Assembly: GCA_043736905.1 (NCBI GenBank)
Contig: JAYTBQ010000011.1
Location: 1 to 45,152, forward strand
Origin: Minisyncoccota bacterium
GTDB lineage: Bacteria > Patescibacteriota > Minisyncoccia > Phycocordibacterales > UBA5272
Length of the DNA stretch: 45,152 nucleotides
Direction: 5' to 3'
In this document: one piece after another, positions 9,243 through 19,133 of the stretch
Numbering within the stretch: position 1 is the stretch's first letter
Layout: the number at the start of each line of letters is the position of its first letter
Translations under genes and position numbers: made by a program
Notes under the pieces: generated by a model
What the model saw: the letters and a program-made list of their open reading frames with translations, nothing else
Database searches by the model: none
What the model was told of the DNA's origin: nothing

Positions 9243-10478
9243 ATGAGAATTCTACTAAAATCAGTACTGAGCAAATCTCCGATTGTTGTAAAAAAAAATC
9301 TTATTATATTAAATGAGTTTTATTTTTATTGTAAAGCACTTTCAAAAGAAAAGAAGGAATATCCATTTCTTGAAAAGAATAAAAAAACTGTAAAAAATAT
9401 TCTTATCTACCATATCTCTGGAATGTTTTACGCAGGAACTGAAAAAAATCTTCAGCTCATAGCAAATCAACTTGTTGAGGAATACAATGTTTTTTTCATG
9501 TACTCAAAAAATAATTTTTCACAAAGACAAAAAGATTTAATGGATACTCGCATTAATTTTATAGAATTCACATATGGGAAACAAGAAAAAGATCCTCCCC
9601 ACTTTATCACACAGATGAACCCGCATATAAAACAGATCATAAGTAGGGAATCAATTGATCTGATTATAACGTCTTCAAGTGGTAGACCAGAGTACCCGAT
9701 GAACACAGTGCGTAACATACCAATTATTACAATCAATGTATTTGGTGCACCATCTCTTCAAGCAAACACAATAGCTACAATTTTTATTTCTAAAACAATA
9801 CAAGACTATTCTGAGCAGTATACTGGAAAGAAAAATACTAATTCTTTTGCGTATTTACCTATAGCAAAACCAATACATAAAGAAATTTATTCGATACGTG
9901 ACACGGTCCGATTAAAACTAGGAATACCGAAAGATGCTTTTGTTTTTGGAAGAATAGGAAGAGGTTCAGATTCAATTTTTGACCCAATCGGAATTAATGC
10001 TTTTGAAAAAATAGTAAAAAAATACAAAAATGCCTACTATTTAATAATGTCCCCTCCTCCTATCTTAAAACAAATAGTTGAGGATAGAAGAATACCTAAT
10101 GTTCATTATATGCAAGACACTCAAGATATCTGGGATTTCTATTATAGTATAGATGCACTTGCCCACTTTCGATTAGACGGAGAAACGTTCGGACTTAATA
10201 TAGTAGAAGCAATGTATGCTGGAAATCCGATAATTTCACACAGCTCACATATTTGGAATGCACACCTAGAGTATCTACTACCCAGTTTTTCACGAATTAC
10301 AAAAAAAGATGACACGGATCAATATGCCGCTTATATGGAAGAATATATCCTTCTAAGAGAGGTGAACTTACCCTTATGGAACGAAATGAGGATGGCCGCT
10401 GAAATGAAAGCCAAAAAAGACTTTAATAAGGAAGATTATGGTAACAATATCAAAAAAATAATTCAATCATTATCATGA
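9243..10478 (+). CDS. GT-B fold glycosyltransferase (GT4-like)
   Basis: 411 aa. C-terminal E-x7-E-type motif DGETFGLNIVEAMYAGNPIISH, and FGRIGRGS. Confidence 0.75.
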   Translation: MRILLKSVLSKSPIVVKKNLIILNEFYFYCKALSKEKKEYPFLEKNKKTVKNILIYHISGMFYAGTEKNLQLIANQLVEEYNVFFMYSKNNFSQRQKDLMDTRINFIEFTYGKQEKDPPHFITQMNPHIKQIISRESIDLIITSSSGRPEYPMNTVRNIPIITINVFGAPSLQANTIATIFISKTIQDYSEQYTGKKNTNSFAYLPIAKPIHKEIYSIRDTVRLKLGIPKDAFVFGRIGRGSDSIFDPIGINAFEKIVKKYKNAYYLIMSPPPILKQIVEDRRIPNVHYMQDTQDIWDFYYSIDALAHFRLDGETFGLNIVEAMYAGNPIISHSSHIWNAHLEYLLPSFSRITKKDDTDQYAAYMEEYILLREVNLPLWNEMRMAAEMKAKKDFNKEDYGNNIKKIIQSLS

Positions 10479-11368
10479 GAAAAAAAATTTTTACAATAAT
10501 TCTAAACTTGCTTTCAAAAATAGCGTCAAAAAGGATACTATATGTGCCTCAACACAGAAGAGATGATCAAACTATTTCCGCTGTTAAAAGCAAATATGGA
10601 TTCTGGTACTGTGGTGATATTTTTGAACAGTCTGATATTGCTTACGGTGTTCTTTCGAATGGAACCGTTGAACCATATGATACTGAGATTGTAAAATCTA
10701 TTCTCCTGCAGTTACCTAAAGACTATACATTTTATGACGTTGGATCAAACACTGGATGGTATACAATGCTAGCGACATCAACTAGCTCAGAGGCAAATGT
10801 ATATAGTTTTGAACCTATTGCTGAACACATCAATTGTCAAAAAGAAACTATAGCACTTAATCGAAAGGAATCACATGTAACTATTTTCGATATAGCATTA
10901 TCAGACCATAATGGACAAGAGACAATTAGACTTGCGGGATCAGGAACCAGCCTTGAGAATGACTTTCTAACACACGACTTCGGAAAACGTGTTATTCACG
11001 TTAAAACACTTGATTCATTAGTATTAGAAAAAGGACTAAAGAAACCTGATTTTATAAAAATAGATGTTGAAGGCTATGAATACAAAGTTTTACAAGGGGC
11101 AATAAAGACGATATCTTCTAATCACCCTGTTCTTTTTATTGAAATAGCAAAAACGTTTTCTAGTAGAAATTTTATTAATAAGGACTATGAAAAAATATTT
11201 GCACTATTAGCAAAAAATGAGTACATACCTTATCTTGTAATGGACGGAGCAATTAAAGAATTTAATCCTTCAATGTCACTAGACGGTGTTGCGATGTTTT
11301 TGTTCCTTAATAAAAAAAACCATCTCGGCAAGGAAAATTTTATACCTTCCTTACAGAAGGTTGTGTAA
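10475..11368 (+). CDS. FkbM-family SAM-dependent methyltransferase (copy 2)
   Basis: 297 aa. FYDVGSNTGWYT, SFEP, IKIDVEGYEYKVLQGA. ATGA overlap with the upstream gene. Confidence 0.85.
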   Translation: MRKKIFTIILNLLSKIASKRILYVPQHRRDDQTISAVKSKYGFWYCGDIFEQSDIAYGVLSNGTVEPYDTEIVKSILLQLPKDYTFYDVGSNTGWYTMLATSTSSEANVYSFEPIAEHINCQKETIALNRKESHVTIFDIALSDHNGQETIRLAGSGTSLENDFLTHDFGKRVIHVKTLDSLVLEKGLKKPDFIKIDVEGYEYKVLQGAIKTISSNHPVLFIEIAKTFSSRNFINKDYEKIFALLAKNEYIPYLVMDGAIKEFNPSMSLDGVAMFLFLNKKNHLGKENFIPSLQKVV

Positions 11369-12286
11369 TTGATTATGTATTTTTTCTAAACCTTTTTGCA
11401 GTGTTGTTTTCTTTTCCCACCCAAGTTCTATAATTTTTGAACTATCAAGTGAGTGTTCTTTACTTTCTTTAACATACTCAGTTTCGGTTATTTTTACACC
11501 ATTTTTAAAACCTGTTACATCACATATAGTTTTAACAACTTCGTATATTGTATGCTGATAACCACCAACACAATAAATATCTCCAGGTTTTGCTTTTGCA
11601 AATAACAGTAACACAGCATCAATCACATCATCAATATAAACAAACTCACGCATACTATCTCTAAAGGAAGAGTACACTTCTGGTTGCTCTCCCTTATATA
11701 CACTAGAGAAAGACCTAGGAATTAATCGTGACTCATTTCTATCTCCAGGACCGTATACATTAACTGTTCTAAAAATAATAACAGGAACATCAAACGATCT
11801 ATAATAATCTTGTGCAATAAAATCTTGGCAAGCTTTAGCGGTTTCATATGTATTACCAGGAAAAAAGTTTGTCTCCTCGTTATATGGTGGCTCTGCATTT
11901 CCGTATACCTTGTATGAAGTGCTAACAATTACTTTTTCAATTGGAACATAAGATAATCTCACAGCTTCAAGTAACGAGGTAACACCTTGAACAGTATCTA
12001 AATACGCCTGCCTAGGATTCTTTACGTACTTTGAAACAATTGCTTCAGAAGCAAAATGAAAAACATGCGTGACTTGATTAAGTTTCAACAAATACACCAG
12101 TAATTCGAGGTTATTAATATCTCCGATTACAGGCACAATATTTCTGTTATCAGAATATTCCGGAAATGTATAACCCCTTGATAGAAGAACCAGCTTTGTA
12201 CCGGGCTCTTCAGTAATAAGCCTTTTAACTAGAGCGCTTCCAATGAAACCAGATGCTCCGGTTATTAAAATAGTCTTGTTTTTCAT
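11351..12286 (-). CDS. NAD-dependent epimerase/dehydratase (extended SDR), nucleotide-sugar modifying
   Basis: 311 aa. ILITGASGFIGSALV Rossmann motif and YETAK (YxxxK). The convergent overlap with the upstream gene is 18 nt. Confidence 0.8.
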   Translation of the reverse strand: MKNKTILITGASGFIGSALVKRLITEEPGTKLVLLSRGYTFPEYSDNRNIVPVIGDINNLELLVYLLKLNQVTHVFHFASEAIVSKYVKNPRQAYLDTVQGVTSLLEAVRLSYVPIEKVIVSTSYKVYGNAEPPYNEETNFFPGNTYETAKACQDFIAQDYYRSFDVPVIIFRTVNVYGPGDRNESRLIPRSFSSVYKGEQPEVYSSFRDSMREFVYIDDVIDAVLLLFAKAKPGDIYCVGGYQHTIYEVVKTICDVTGFKNGVKITETEYVKESKEHSLDSSKIIELGWEKKTTLQKGLEKIHNQLHNLL

Positions 12287-12299
12287 ACGTCGTAAGTGA

Positions 12300-12305
12300 A
12301 TTATA
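12300..12305 (-). promoter_or_regulatory. putative -10 box (TATAAT) 13 nt upstream of ATG 12286
   Basis: The minus strand reads aTGTATAATtcacttacgacgtATG. No SD motif lies between them. Confidence 0.3.
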
Positions 12306-12394
12306 CATTAAAGAAAGAAAAATAAAAATAAGACTATTTGTATACCGACCAAAAAAGTACTATGATTACGATACACTAAAACAATATAAACAAC

Positions 12395-13354
12395 ATGAAA
12401 TTACTTGTTACAGGAGGGGCTGGATTTATTGGTTCAAATTTTATTCACTATATATTAAATAAATATCCTTCATATTCAGTAATTAATCTTGACGCCCTTA
12501 CATATGCTGGAGACATAACTAATCTTTCACAATTTGAAAGCGATGCTCGCTATCAGTTTGTACATGGCTCAATCTGTAACCGAGCATTAGTTGATACACT
12601 AATGAATCAGGTTGATATGGTAGTTCATTTTGCAGCAGAGTCCCACGTAGACCGTTCTATCAATGATTCAAACATCTTTATTACAACTAATGTTATAGGA
12701 ACTCACACTCTTCTTGATTCAGCCTTAAAAGCAGGGAAGAAAAGATTTCATCATGTATCTACAGATGAGGTGTTTGGTTCGTTATCAAGTAATGCTCAAC
12801 CCTTTTCCGAAGGGACATCGTATGACCCGAGAAGTCCATACAGCGCATCTAAGGCAAGCTCAGATCATTTAGCTAGAGCGTATTTCCATACTCATGATCT
12901 ACCTGTAACAATTTCAAATTGCTCTAATAACTATGGACCATATCATTTTCCTGAGAAATTAATCCCCCTTGCTGTTACTAATCTTTTAACAGATAAAAAA
13001 ATACCAATCTACGGTGATGGTAGTCAAGTACGTGACTGGCTTTATGTTGAAGATCACTGTAGAGCTATTGATCTCATTATTCACAAGGGGGTCATAGGTG
13101 AAACATACTGCATAGGCGGAGATTGTGAACTAACAAATAAAGACCTCCTAAAAAAAATACTTTCTTTAATGGAAAAAGATGAGGATGCTTTCACGTATGT
13201 GCAAGATAGGCCAGGTCACGATACGAGATATGCTATTAATTTTTCAAAAATTAATAGCTCTCTTGGATGGTTACCAGAAACATCTATAGAAGAAGGTCTT
13301 AAAAAAACCATTAATTGGTATAGAGAAAATAGCTCTTGGTGGAAAAATAAATAG
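12395..13354 (+). CDS. rfbB: dTDP-glucose 4,6-dehydratase
   Basis: 319 aa. LVTGGAGFIGSNF, NLDALTYAGD, HFAAESHVDRS, YSASKASSDHL, SNNYGPYHFPEKLIP, RPGHDTRYAI. Confidence 0.93.
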   Translation: MKLLVTGGAGFIGSNFIHYILNKYPSYSVINLDALTYAGDITNLSQFESDARYQFVHGSICNRALVDTLMNQVDMVVHFAAESHVDRSINDSNIFITTNVIGTHTLLDSALKAGKKRFHHVSTDEVFGSLSSNAQPFSEGTSYDPRSPYSASKASSDHLARAYFHTHDLPVTISNCSNNYGPYHFPEKLIPLAVTNLLTDKKIPIYGDGSQVRDWLYVEDHCRAIDLIIHKGVIGETYCIGGDCELTNKDLLKKILSLMEKDEDAFTYVQDRPGHDTRYAINFSKINSSLGWLPETSIEEGLKKTINWYRENSSWWKNK

Positions 13355-13363
13355 TTTTTATGA

Positions 13364-13369
13364 TATACT
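13364..13369 (+). promoter_or_regulatory. putative -10 box TATACT 6 nt upstream of ATG 13376 (leaderless-type spacing)
   Basis: tgaTATACTggccttATG. This is one of five TATACT-N6-9-ATG instances in the window. Confidence 0.35.
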
Positions 13370-13375
13370 GGCCTT

Positions 13376-14101
13376 ATGAAAGGGATCATACTATCCGGTG
13401 GTGCAGGTACAAGGCTTAGCCCGTTGACAAAAGTAACATCAAAGCAGCTTCTTCCTGTCTATAATCGACCAATGATTTTTTACCCGCTTAATACGCTGAT
13501 TAAAGCAGGAATAAAAGAAATCCTTATCATCATTGCTCCAGAAAAAGCAGGCGAATACTTAAATCTTCTTGGCTCAGGAAAAGAATTTGGTGTAAAATTT
13601 ACATACGAAATACAAGACAAGCCAAAGGGTCTACCTGAAGCATTTATTATTGGTGAGACATTTTTAAATGGTGATGACGTTGTAATGATTCTTGGGGATA
13701 ATATTTTTGAGGAAGACTTATCTACTCACATTAATACGTTTAAACGTGGCGCACGTGTTGTTGCAAAAAAAGTAACGGATCCTGAGCGCTTTGGTGTTGT
13801 CGAATTCGACGCAAACTTACAAGTAATTTCAGTAGAAGAAAAACCAAAAAAACCAAAAAGTAATTTTATAATTCCAGGTTTATACATTTTTGATTCTAAT
13901 GTAATAAACATTGCAAAAAAATTAACACCAAGCAAGCGAGGAGAACTAGAAATTACTGACATATTAAAAATATATTTAAAAAATGGTGAACTTGATGTGA
14001 GAAAAACAAAAGGTGAATGGATAGACGCAGGAACTTTTGATTCACTTATAAAAGCAAATATGCTTGCACAAAAAAAGCTTCATAAAAACCTTATCATTTA
14101 G
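13376..14101 (+). CDS. rfbA: glucose-1-phosphate thymidylyltransferase (short form)
   Basis: 241 aa. MKGIILSGGAGTRLSPLT, SKQLLPVYNRPMIFYPL, GLPEAF, ILGDNIF. Confidence 0.88.
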   Translation: MKGIILSGGAGTRLSPLTKVTSKQLLPVYNRPMIFYPLNTLIKAGIKEILIIIAPEKAGEYLNLLGSGKEFGVKFTYEIQDKPKGLPEAFIIGETFLNGDDVVMILGDNIFEEDLSTHINTFKRGARVVAKKVTDPERFGVVEFDANLQVISVEEKPKKPKSNFIIPGLYIFDSNVINIAKKLTPSKRGELEITDILKIYLKNGELDVRKTKGEWIDAGTFDSLIKANMLAQKKLHKNLII

Positions 14102-14142
14102 AATATATTGCTTGTGCTATACTTTTATAACAATCATAACTT

Positions 14143-15054
14143 ATGAAGAAGAAACCTATTTTCTATAAAATTACCTGGAGGCTTCATTTCATGAAGAAAG
14201 CTTTTATTCCTTCAATAAAAGGTTTTTTATTTGAAAAAGAGAAACAGCCTTGGGGTTATATCTTTGATTACTGGTTCTTATCTGCTTCTCGAAGATACAC
14301 AAAATCTAGATACTATCTTGAACAAAACAAGCTGCCGGGAATATCCCTTCAAGGGAATATAATAATAATTAATAACAAGGTAATTGATATTTCTGATGCT
14401 CCTGACGGAGAAAGATGCCTCATTGCAATTATTGCAGAATATTTTGACTTTATTTATCCAAAATTAGTTACACACTCTATACCGTTTTTTATCAGTGAAG
14501 GACCTTACGAAAAGGAACAATGCAAAGTCCAAGGAGGTGATGTAATCATTGATGCGGGGGCAAACCTTGGTCTTTTTTCCTGGTTATTTTTAGACACTGT
14601 CGGTAAAAATGGACATATATATATGTTTGAACCAGTTCCATCTCTATCAAAATTATTAACAGAGTCAATAGAAATAAATAAAACAAAAGAAGAAATGACG
14701 GTAATTGAAGCTGCACTTTCAAACAAAGATGGTGTTACAAGTTTTTTGATAGAAGATTATACAGGTGGAAGCCACGAATCAAGTAATGGTGATACGCTTA
14801 TCAAAACATCGACCATAGATTCATTTGTTGCCAATAATTCCATTAGTAAAATCAACTTCATCAAAGCTGACATTGAAGGAATGGAGCCTCAACTTATTGA
14901 TGGCGCCAAAGAAACAATTAAACGAGATAAGCCAAAGATTGCCATTTGCACATATCATAATCCAAATCATAGAGCTGAACTAAAATATAAACTTGAAACA
15001 CTACGACCAGATTATAAATTTGCCTATAGTAGTCATAAACTTTTTGCTTGGTAG
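14143..15054 (+). CDS. FkbM-family SAM-dependent methyltransferase (copy 3)
   Basis: 303 aa. VIIDAGANLGLFS, MFEP, IKADIEGMEPQLIDGA. Confidence 0.8.
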   Translation: MKKKPIFYKITWRLHFMKKAFIPSIKGFLFEKEKQPWGYIFDYWFLSASRRYTKSRYYLEQNKLPGISLQGNIIIINNKVIDISDAPDGERCLIAIIAEYFDFIYPKLVTHSIPFFISEGPYEKEQCKVQGGDVIIDAGANLGLFSWLFLDTVGKNGHIYMFEPVPSLSKLLTESIEINKTKEEMTVIEAALSNKDGVTSFLIEDYTGGSHESSNGDTLIKTSTIDSFVANNSISKINFIKADIEGMEPQLIDGAKETIKRDKPKIAICTYHNPNHRAELKYKLETLRPDYKFAYSSHKLFAW

Positions 15055-15091
15055 GCTAAGTTTTAAGTTTGCAAATACGTGCCATTAGAAT

Positions 15092-16036
15092 CTATTTAAA
15101 AAATTCTGGATGATCAAGTAAGTATGCAACAGTTCTTTCTATTCCTTCACGCTGACTTTTCGTTGTTTTCCATCCAATATTTTTAAGTTTTGTATTATCA
15201 AGATGAACGAAATTATTATCCCCTTTCCATCCATGTTTTCCTCCAAGATATTTTTTTGTAATTGAAACACTTGCAGCCTTAAGAATGGTATCGACTATTT
15301 CGTCAACAGTCATGACCTCATCGTGTCCAATATTAAAAATATTAATTTTTTGTTTTGTTTTACTAATGGCTTTAAAAATTGCACTGACTCCGTCCCCGAC
15401 ATATACTGAAGACTTTCTCGGTGTCCCATCAGAAAGGAGATCAAGGGTGTCTGGATTATTTTTTATTTTCTTTAAAAGATCATACACTATTCCATGTGTA
15501 TACCTTTCCCCGACAAATGAGACGAAGCGGAAAATATATGCATTCCAATCATAATAACTGGCATATGCATGAATATACTGTTCAGAGGCAGCTTTTGCAG
15601 CACCATAAAGAGATGTTGGAGCAAAAGGAGCATCTTCACTCGTTGGATGAGTTTCTGCATCACCATAAACAGATGAGGTTGAAGCAAAGGCTATCTTTTT
15701 TACGTTGTTTTTGTACATAGCTTCAAGAACAGCCTGTGTTACTTCTAAATTTTGCGCATGATTAATAAAATGATCAGCAAGACCAGTTCTCACATCTGCA
15801 TAACCAGCAACATGAAATACAAAATCAACACCCTTCATTGCTTTGTTAAGTTTTTTTTCATCCAGAAGCTCACCTTTAACAAGGGTAAATCTATCCTCAC
15901 CTTTGTGCTGTTCTATAAAAACCTTTTTTCCTGTAGAAAAATTATCATAAACAACAACCTCATGCCCTTTTTTCATTAAGTGATCAACAATATTTGAACC
16001 AATAAACCCCGCTCCTCCTGTTACTAAATATTTCAT
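15092..16036 (-). CDS. NAD-dependent epimerase/dehydratase (UDP-glucose 4-epimerase / UDP-glucuronate decarboxylase-like extended SDR)
   Basis: 314 aa. YLVTGGAGFIGSNIVDHL and YGAAKAASE (YxxxK). The start shares one nt with the upstream stop (TAATG). Confidence 0.82.
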   Translation of the reverse strand: MKYLVTGGAGFIGSNIVDHLMKKGHEVVVYDNFSTGKKVFIEQHKGEDRFTLVKGELLDEKKLNKAMKGVDFVFHVAGYADVRTGLADHFINHAQNLEVTQAVLEAMYKNNVKKIAFASTSSVYGDAETHPTSEDAPFAPTSLYGAAKAASEQYIHAYASYYDWNAYIFRFVSFVGERYTHGIVYDLLKKIKNNPDTLDLLSDGTPRKSSVYVGDGVSAIFKAISKTKQKINIFNIGHDEVMTVDEIVDTILKAASVSITKKYLGGKHGWKGDNNFVHLDNTKLKNIGWKTTKSQREGIERTVAYLLDHPEFFK

Positions 16037-17001
16037 TATTGTGTATATACTTGATTAATAATTTTCAAAACATAATGCGCTTCTTTAAGTGATTGACCTC
16101 CATTCTTCTTATCGTTGATACGCTTAAAGAATTCAATGTTTTCTTTTTTCCACGAAAGATCCTCCCCCTTAAACTCAGATACAAACTCTTTTGGAGGACC
16201 CATTTTATGACTCATAACATACAGTATCATTTTTTCAGTTCCATAACTTCTTCCGAGGCCATCTACTTGAATTTTAGCTTTTTCGAGCATAATTTCAAAG
16301 CAAAAAACATTTTTCCACTCAAGACACGTCGTTGTCAAGTTAGCGATAAATTTTTTATCTTTTAGTATAAGAAAAGCACTATCCTCTAATTTTGTTTTCC
16401 AAAAGAGGGTCTCTGTTGCACTGCTCCCATATGTAGCCTCTCCTCTAAAAAAGTTAACAAGATCAATAAGGTGTGTTCCTTGGTCTATCAAATGACCTCC
16501 CCCTGAAATATCAGCATCAAAACGCCACTCCTTCTCATACCCAAGACGTGCACCATGTCCGTACTTCGCACGAATAAAAAGAACTGGTCCATATTTTCTT
16601 GAATCAATTATTTTCTTCGCCTTCATTATTGCAGGATGATACCGGTGATTATACCCAAACATTACAACGACCTTCTTCTTTCTGTATGCATCTATAATCC
16701 TTTCAAAATCATGTAAACCTCTAGCCCCAGGCTTTTCAATGAGGACATGTTTCCCCGCAAGAATAGCCCCTTCTGCAACATCAGCAGCAAATTTATTCGG
16801 TGTACAAATAAGTATTGCGTCAATTGTTGTATCATCAACTACCTGCTTCCAGGTATTCGAAAAAGTACATGAAAATTCTTTTGCGAACATCTCAGCCTTC
16901 ACTGTATCAACATCACATACCGTCTTTAATTTAACGTTCTTTGGTAAAGCAAGCGCTCTTTTTTTTCCAATTAGGCCAGCACCAATAATAGCTATATTCA
17001 T
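16036..17001 (-). CDS. Gfo/Idh/MocA-family NAD(P)-dependent sugar oxidoreductase
   Basis: 321 aa. MNIAIIGAGLIGKKRA, HVLIEKP. Confidence 0.8.
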   Translation of the reverse strand: MNIAIIGAGLIGKKRALALPKNVKLKTVCDVDTVKAEMFAKEFSCTFSNTWKQVVDDTTIDAILICTPNKFAADVAEGAILAGKHVLIEKPGARGLHDFERIIDAYRKKKVVVMFGYNHRYHPAIMKAKKIIDSRKYGPVLFIRAKYGHGARLGYEKEWRFDADISGGGHLIDQGTHLIDLVNFFRGEATYGSSATETLFWKTKLEDSAFLILKDKKFIANLTTTCLEWKNVFCFEIMLEKAKIQVDGLGRSYGTEKMILYVMSHKMGPPKEFVSEFKGEDLSWKKENIEFFKRINDKKNGGQSLKEAHYVLKIINQVYTQ

Positions 17002-17003
17002 AT

Positions 17004-18296
17004 TTATGATTTTGTTCCTATTCCTTTATAAATGAACCCTGATTTTTTATACTGTTCTTTGTTCAAAAAGTTCTTTGTATCAATAATAACTGAGCAGTTC
17101 ATCACCTTTACAAGATCTGAGGGGTCGACTTCTAAAAACTCTTTCCAGTCAGTCATAAGAACAATGATATCGAGATTACTTGCAAAATCAACAACAGAAG
17201 TGGCAACACGCATATAAGGATATCCATCAACAGTTTCTTTTACTGCAGGATCAAAAGCAATAATCTTTGCACCCTTTTTATGAAGAAGGGAAGCGAGATC
17301 TAAAGACATAGATCTTCGTAAAGTGCTTGTATTAGGTTTATATGTTAAACCAAGAATACCGATTTTTTTTCTTTTAATAACCAGAAGCTCTTGTTGGATC
17401 TTCTTAACAAGCCCAGGGACTCGTTCCAAATTAACAGAATATACAGATTGAATCAAACGAGGGGTGTACGAATATTTTTTAGCAATTCTTGAAAGCGACT
17501 GAATGTCACGGCCAAGTGTTCCTCCTGCAAAACCAAGACCAGGAAGCAGTGGCGCGTACGGACTGACGCGTTTATCTGAATGAAGAGCCTTAACAACGTC
17601 AAACATATCAGCCCCAGTTTTTTCAGCAATATCAGAAAGCTCACAACTTAATGAAATACAGGTAGCAAGATAAGCATTGAGAGCATGCTTCACCATTTCT
17701 GCACTCTCGAGACCCATCGCAATATATGGACATGGAAAAATAAAATCTTTCTTAAACTGTTCAATCGCCTCAATGTTATCTGAACCAAGGATAATTCTAT
17801 CCGGTTTAAGAAATGAATCGAAAGCTGTACCAAGTCTTAAATTTTCAGGAAAGTAGATAACCTTTGGGTTTTTAAACCCTCTCTTAAGCAAAAGAGAAAC
17901 AAGTCCCCTTGATGTACTTACAGGAATTTGACTTGAAATGACAATCGTAGTTAACTCATTTACTTGTTTAGCAACAAGAGCAAAGAGGGATGATATGACA
18001 GAAACATCAGCAACATCATGTTCATCAACCTCGAGATCATGGGTAATAAAAATATAATCCTTATTTTTCAAAGAAGAAGGTGCTGATGAAAAACTAATTC
18101 GGTCAGAATATTTTTCAAGTGCGTCTGTAAGGCCTGGTTCAAAAATGGGAGGAATCCCCTTTTTAAAATTATTAATGACTTTTTTATTAGCATCAAAGGC
18201 TACAACACTGTAACCCATACCAATAAGTCCAGCTGAATACACAGATCCAAGATGCCATAAACCAACCACACCAACTGTCACTGTTTTATTTGGCAT
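17004..18296 (-). CDS. UDP-glucose/GDP-mannose dehydrogenase-family protein lacking the catalytic cysteine
   Basis: VGVVGLWHLGS Rossmann motif and a three-domain length of ~430 aa. The catalytic-loop position reads GFAGGTLGRD where the family consensus is GxGGxCxPKD. The ORF-track start at 18314 is TTG; ATG at 18296 (MPNKTVTVGVVG) is preferred. Confidence 0.75.
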   Translation of the reverse strand: MPNKTVTVGVVGLWHLGSVYSAGLIGMGYSVVAFDANKKVINNFKKGIPPIFEPGLTDALEKYSDRISFSSAPSSLKNKDYIFITHDLEVDEHDVADVSVISSLFALVAKQVNELTTIVISSQIPVSTSRGLVSLLLKRGFKNPKVIYFPENLRLGTAFDSFLKPDRIILGSDNIEAIEQFKKDFIFPCPYIAMGLESAEMVKHALNAYLATCISLSCELSDIAEKTGADMFDVVKALHSDKRVSPYAPLLPGLGFAGGTLGRDIQSLSRIAKKYSYTPRLIQSVYSVNLERVPGLVKKIQQELLVIKRKKIGILGLTYKPNTSTLRRSMSLDLASLLHKKGAKIIAFDPAVKETVDGYPYMRVATSVVDFASNLDIIVLMTDWKEFLEVDPSDLVKVMNCSVIIDTKNFLNKEQYKKSGFIYKGIGTKS

Positions 18297-19128
18297 AGAA
18301 TAATTGATTATCAATTCTTCTTAATCTAAAAATATCATCATCGTTTTGAATATCTTTTAGAACTTCTTCTGTATCCCATTTAGCACTCAGCAGCCTCCCT
18401 GTAACATGATTTGAGGAATCTGAAGCTAAGTAGTGAACCATTGTAACAACATTTACAACAGAGTCACCACCACCCTCTTTTTGTTTTAGCGTTCTTTCAA
18501 ACATCTCATCACCAACTTTTTCCCTACCTTCTCTGATAACAAAATCAGTAATATTTGTATTAATTGCCCCAGGAGAAACACAATTAATTTGAATCATGTC
18601 TCCTTCCAGTTCACTAGCCACAGTTTCAGTAAATCCAACAACTGCACTTTTCGAAGTATAGTATGCTGAAAAATTTGTTAGTGTCTTTTTACTCCCAACC
18701 CCTGCTCCCGCAAAATTAATAATCTTTCCTTTTCCTGCCTTTTTCATATAGGGAAAAACAGCCTGAGTACAATAAACTGTACCAAAAAGATTTACAGAGA
18801 CAGTGTTCACAAATTGATCAAGCTTGGCATCCTTAAACAAATTAGCCTCTCCGATAGTTCCAGCATTGTTAACTAAAATATCAATTGAGCCGAATTTTTT
18901 TAATGCTACCTCAATAAGCATATGGCAATCAGACTGTATTGAGACATCCGCCATTACACCACAAAATCTGTCACCAGTTGGATCAATTTCTTTATTAAGA
19001 GCATCCACCTCATTAAGGTTGCGGCCACAAATAATTACATTTGCCCCTTTATCAAAAAAACTTTTTGCTAAAGTTTTTCCTATCCCCTTCGATCCGCCTG
19101 TGACAATAACAGTTTTACCCTGAAACAT
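18286..19128 (-). CDS. classical short-chain dehydrogenase/reductase (SDR)
   Basis: 280 aa. VIVTGGSKGIGKTLA, NNAG, YYTSKSAV (YxxxK). Confidence 0.85.
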   Translation of the reverse strand: MFQGKTVIVTGGSKGIGKTLAKSFFDKGANVIICGRNLNEVDALNKEIDPTGDRFCGVMADVSIQSDCHMLIEVALKKFGSIDILVNNAGTIGEANLFKDAKLDQFVNTVSVNLFGTVYCTQAVFPYMKKAGKGKIINFAGAGVGSKKTLTNFSAYYTSKSAVVGFTETVASELEGDMIQINCVSPGAINTNITDFVIREGREKVGDEMFERTLKQKEGGGDSVVNVVTMVHYLASDSSNHVTGRLLSAKWDTEEVLKDIQNDDDIFRLRRIDNQLFYAK

Positions 19129-19133
19129 GTTAA

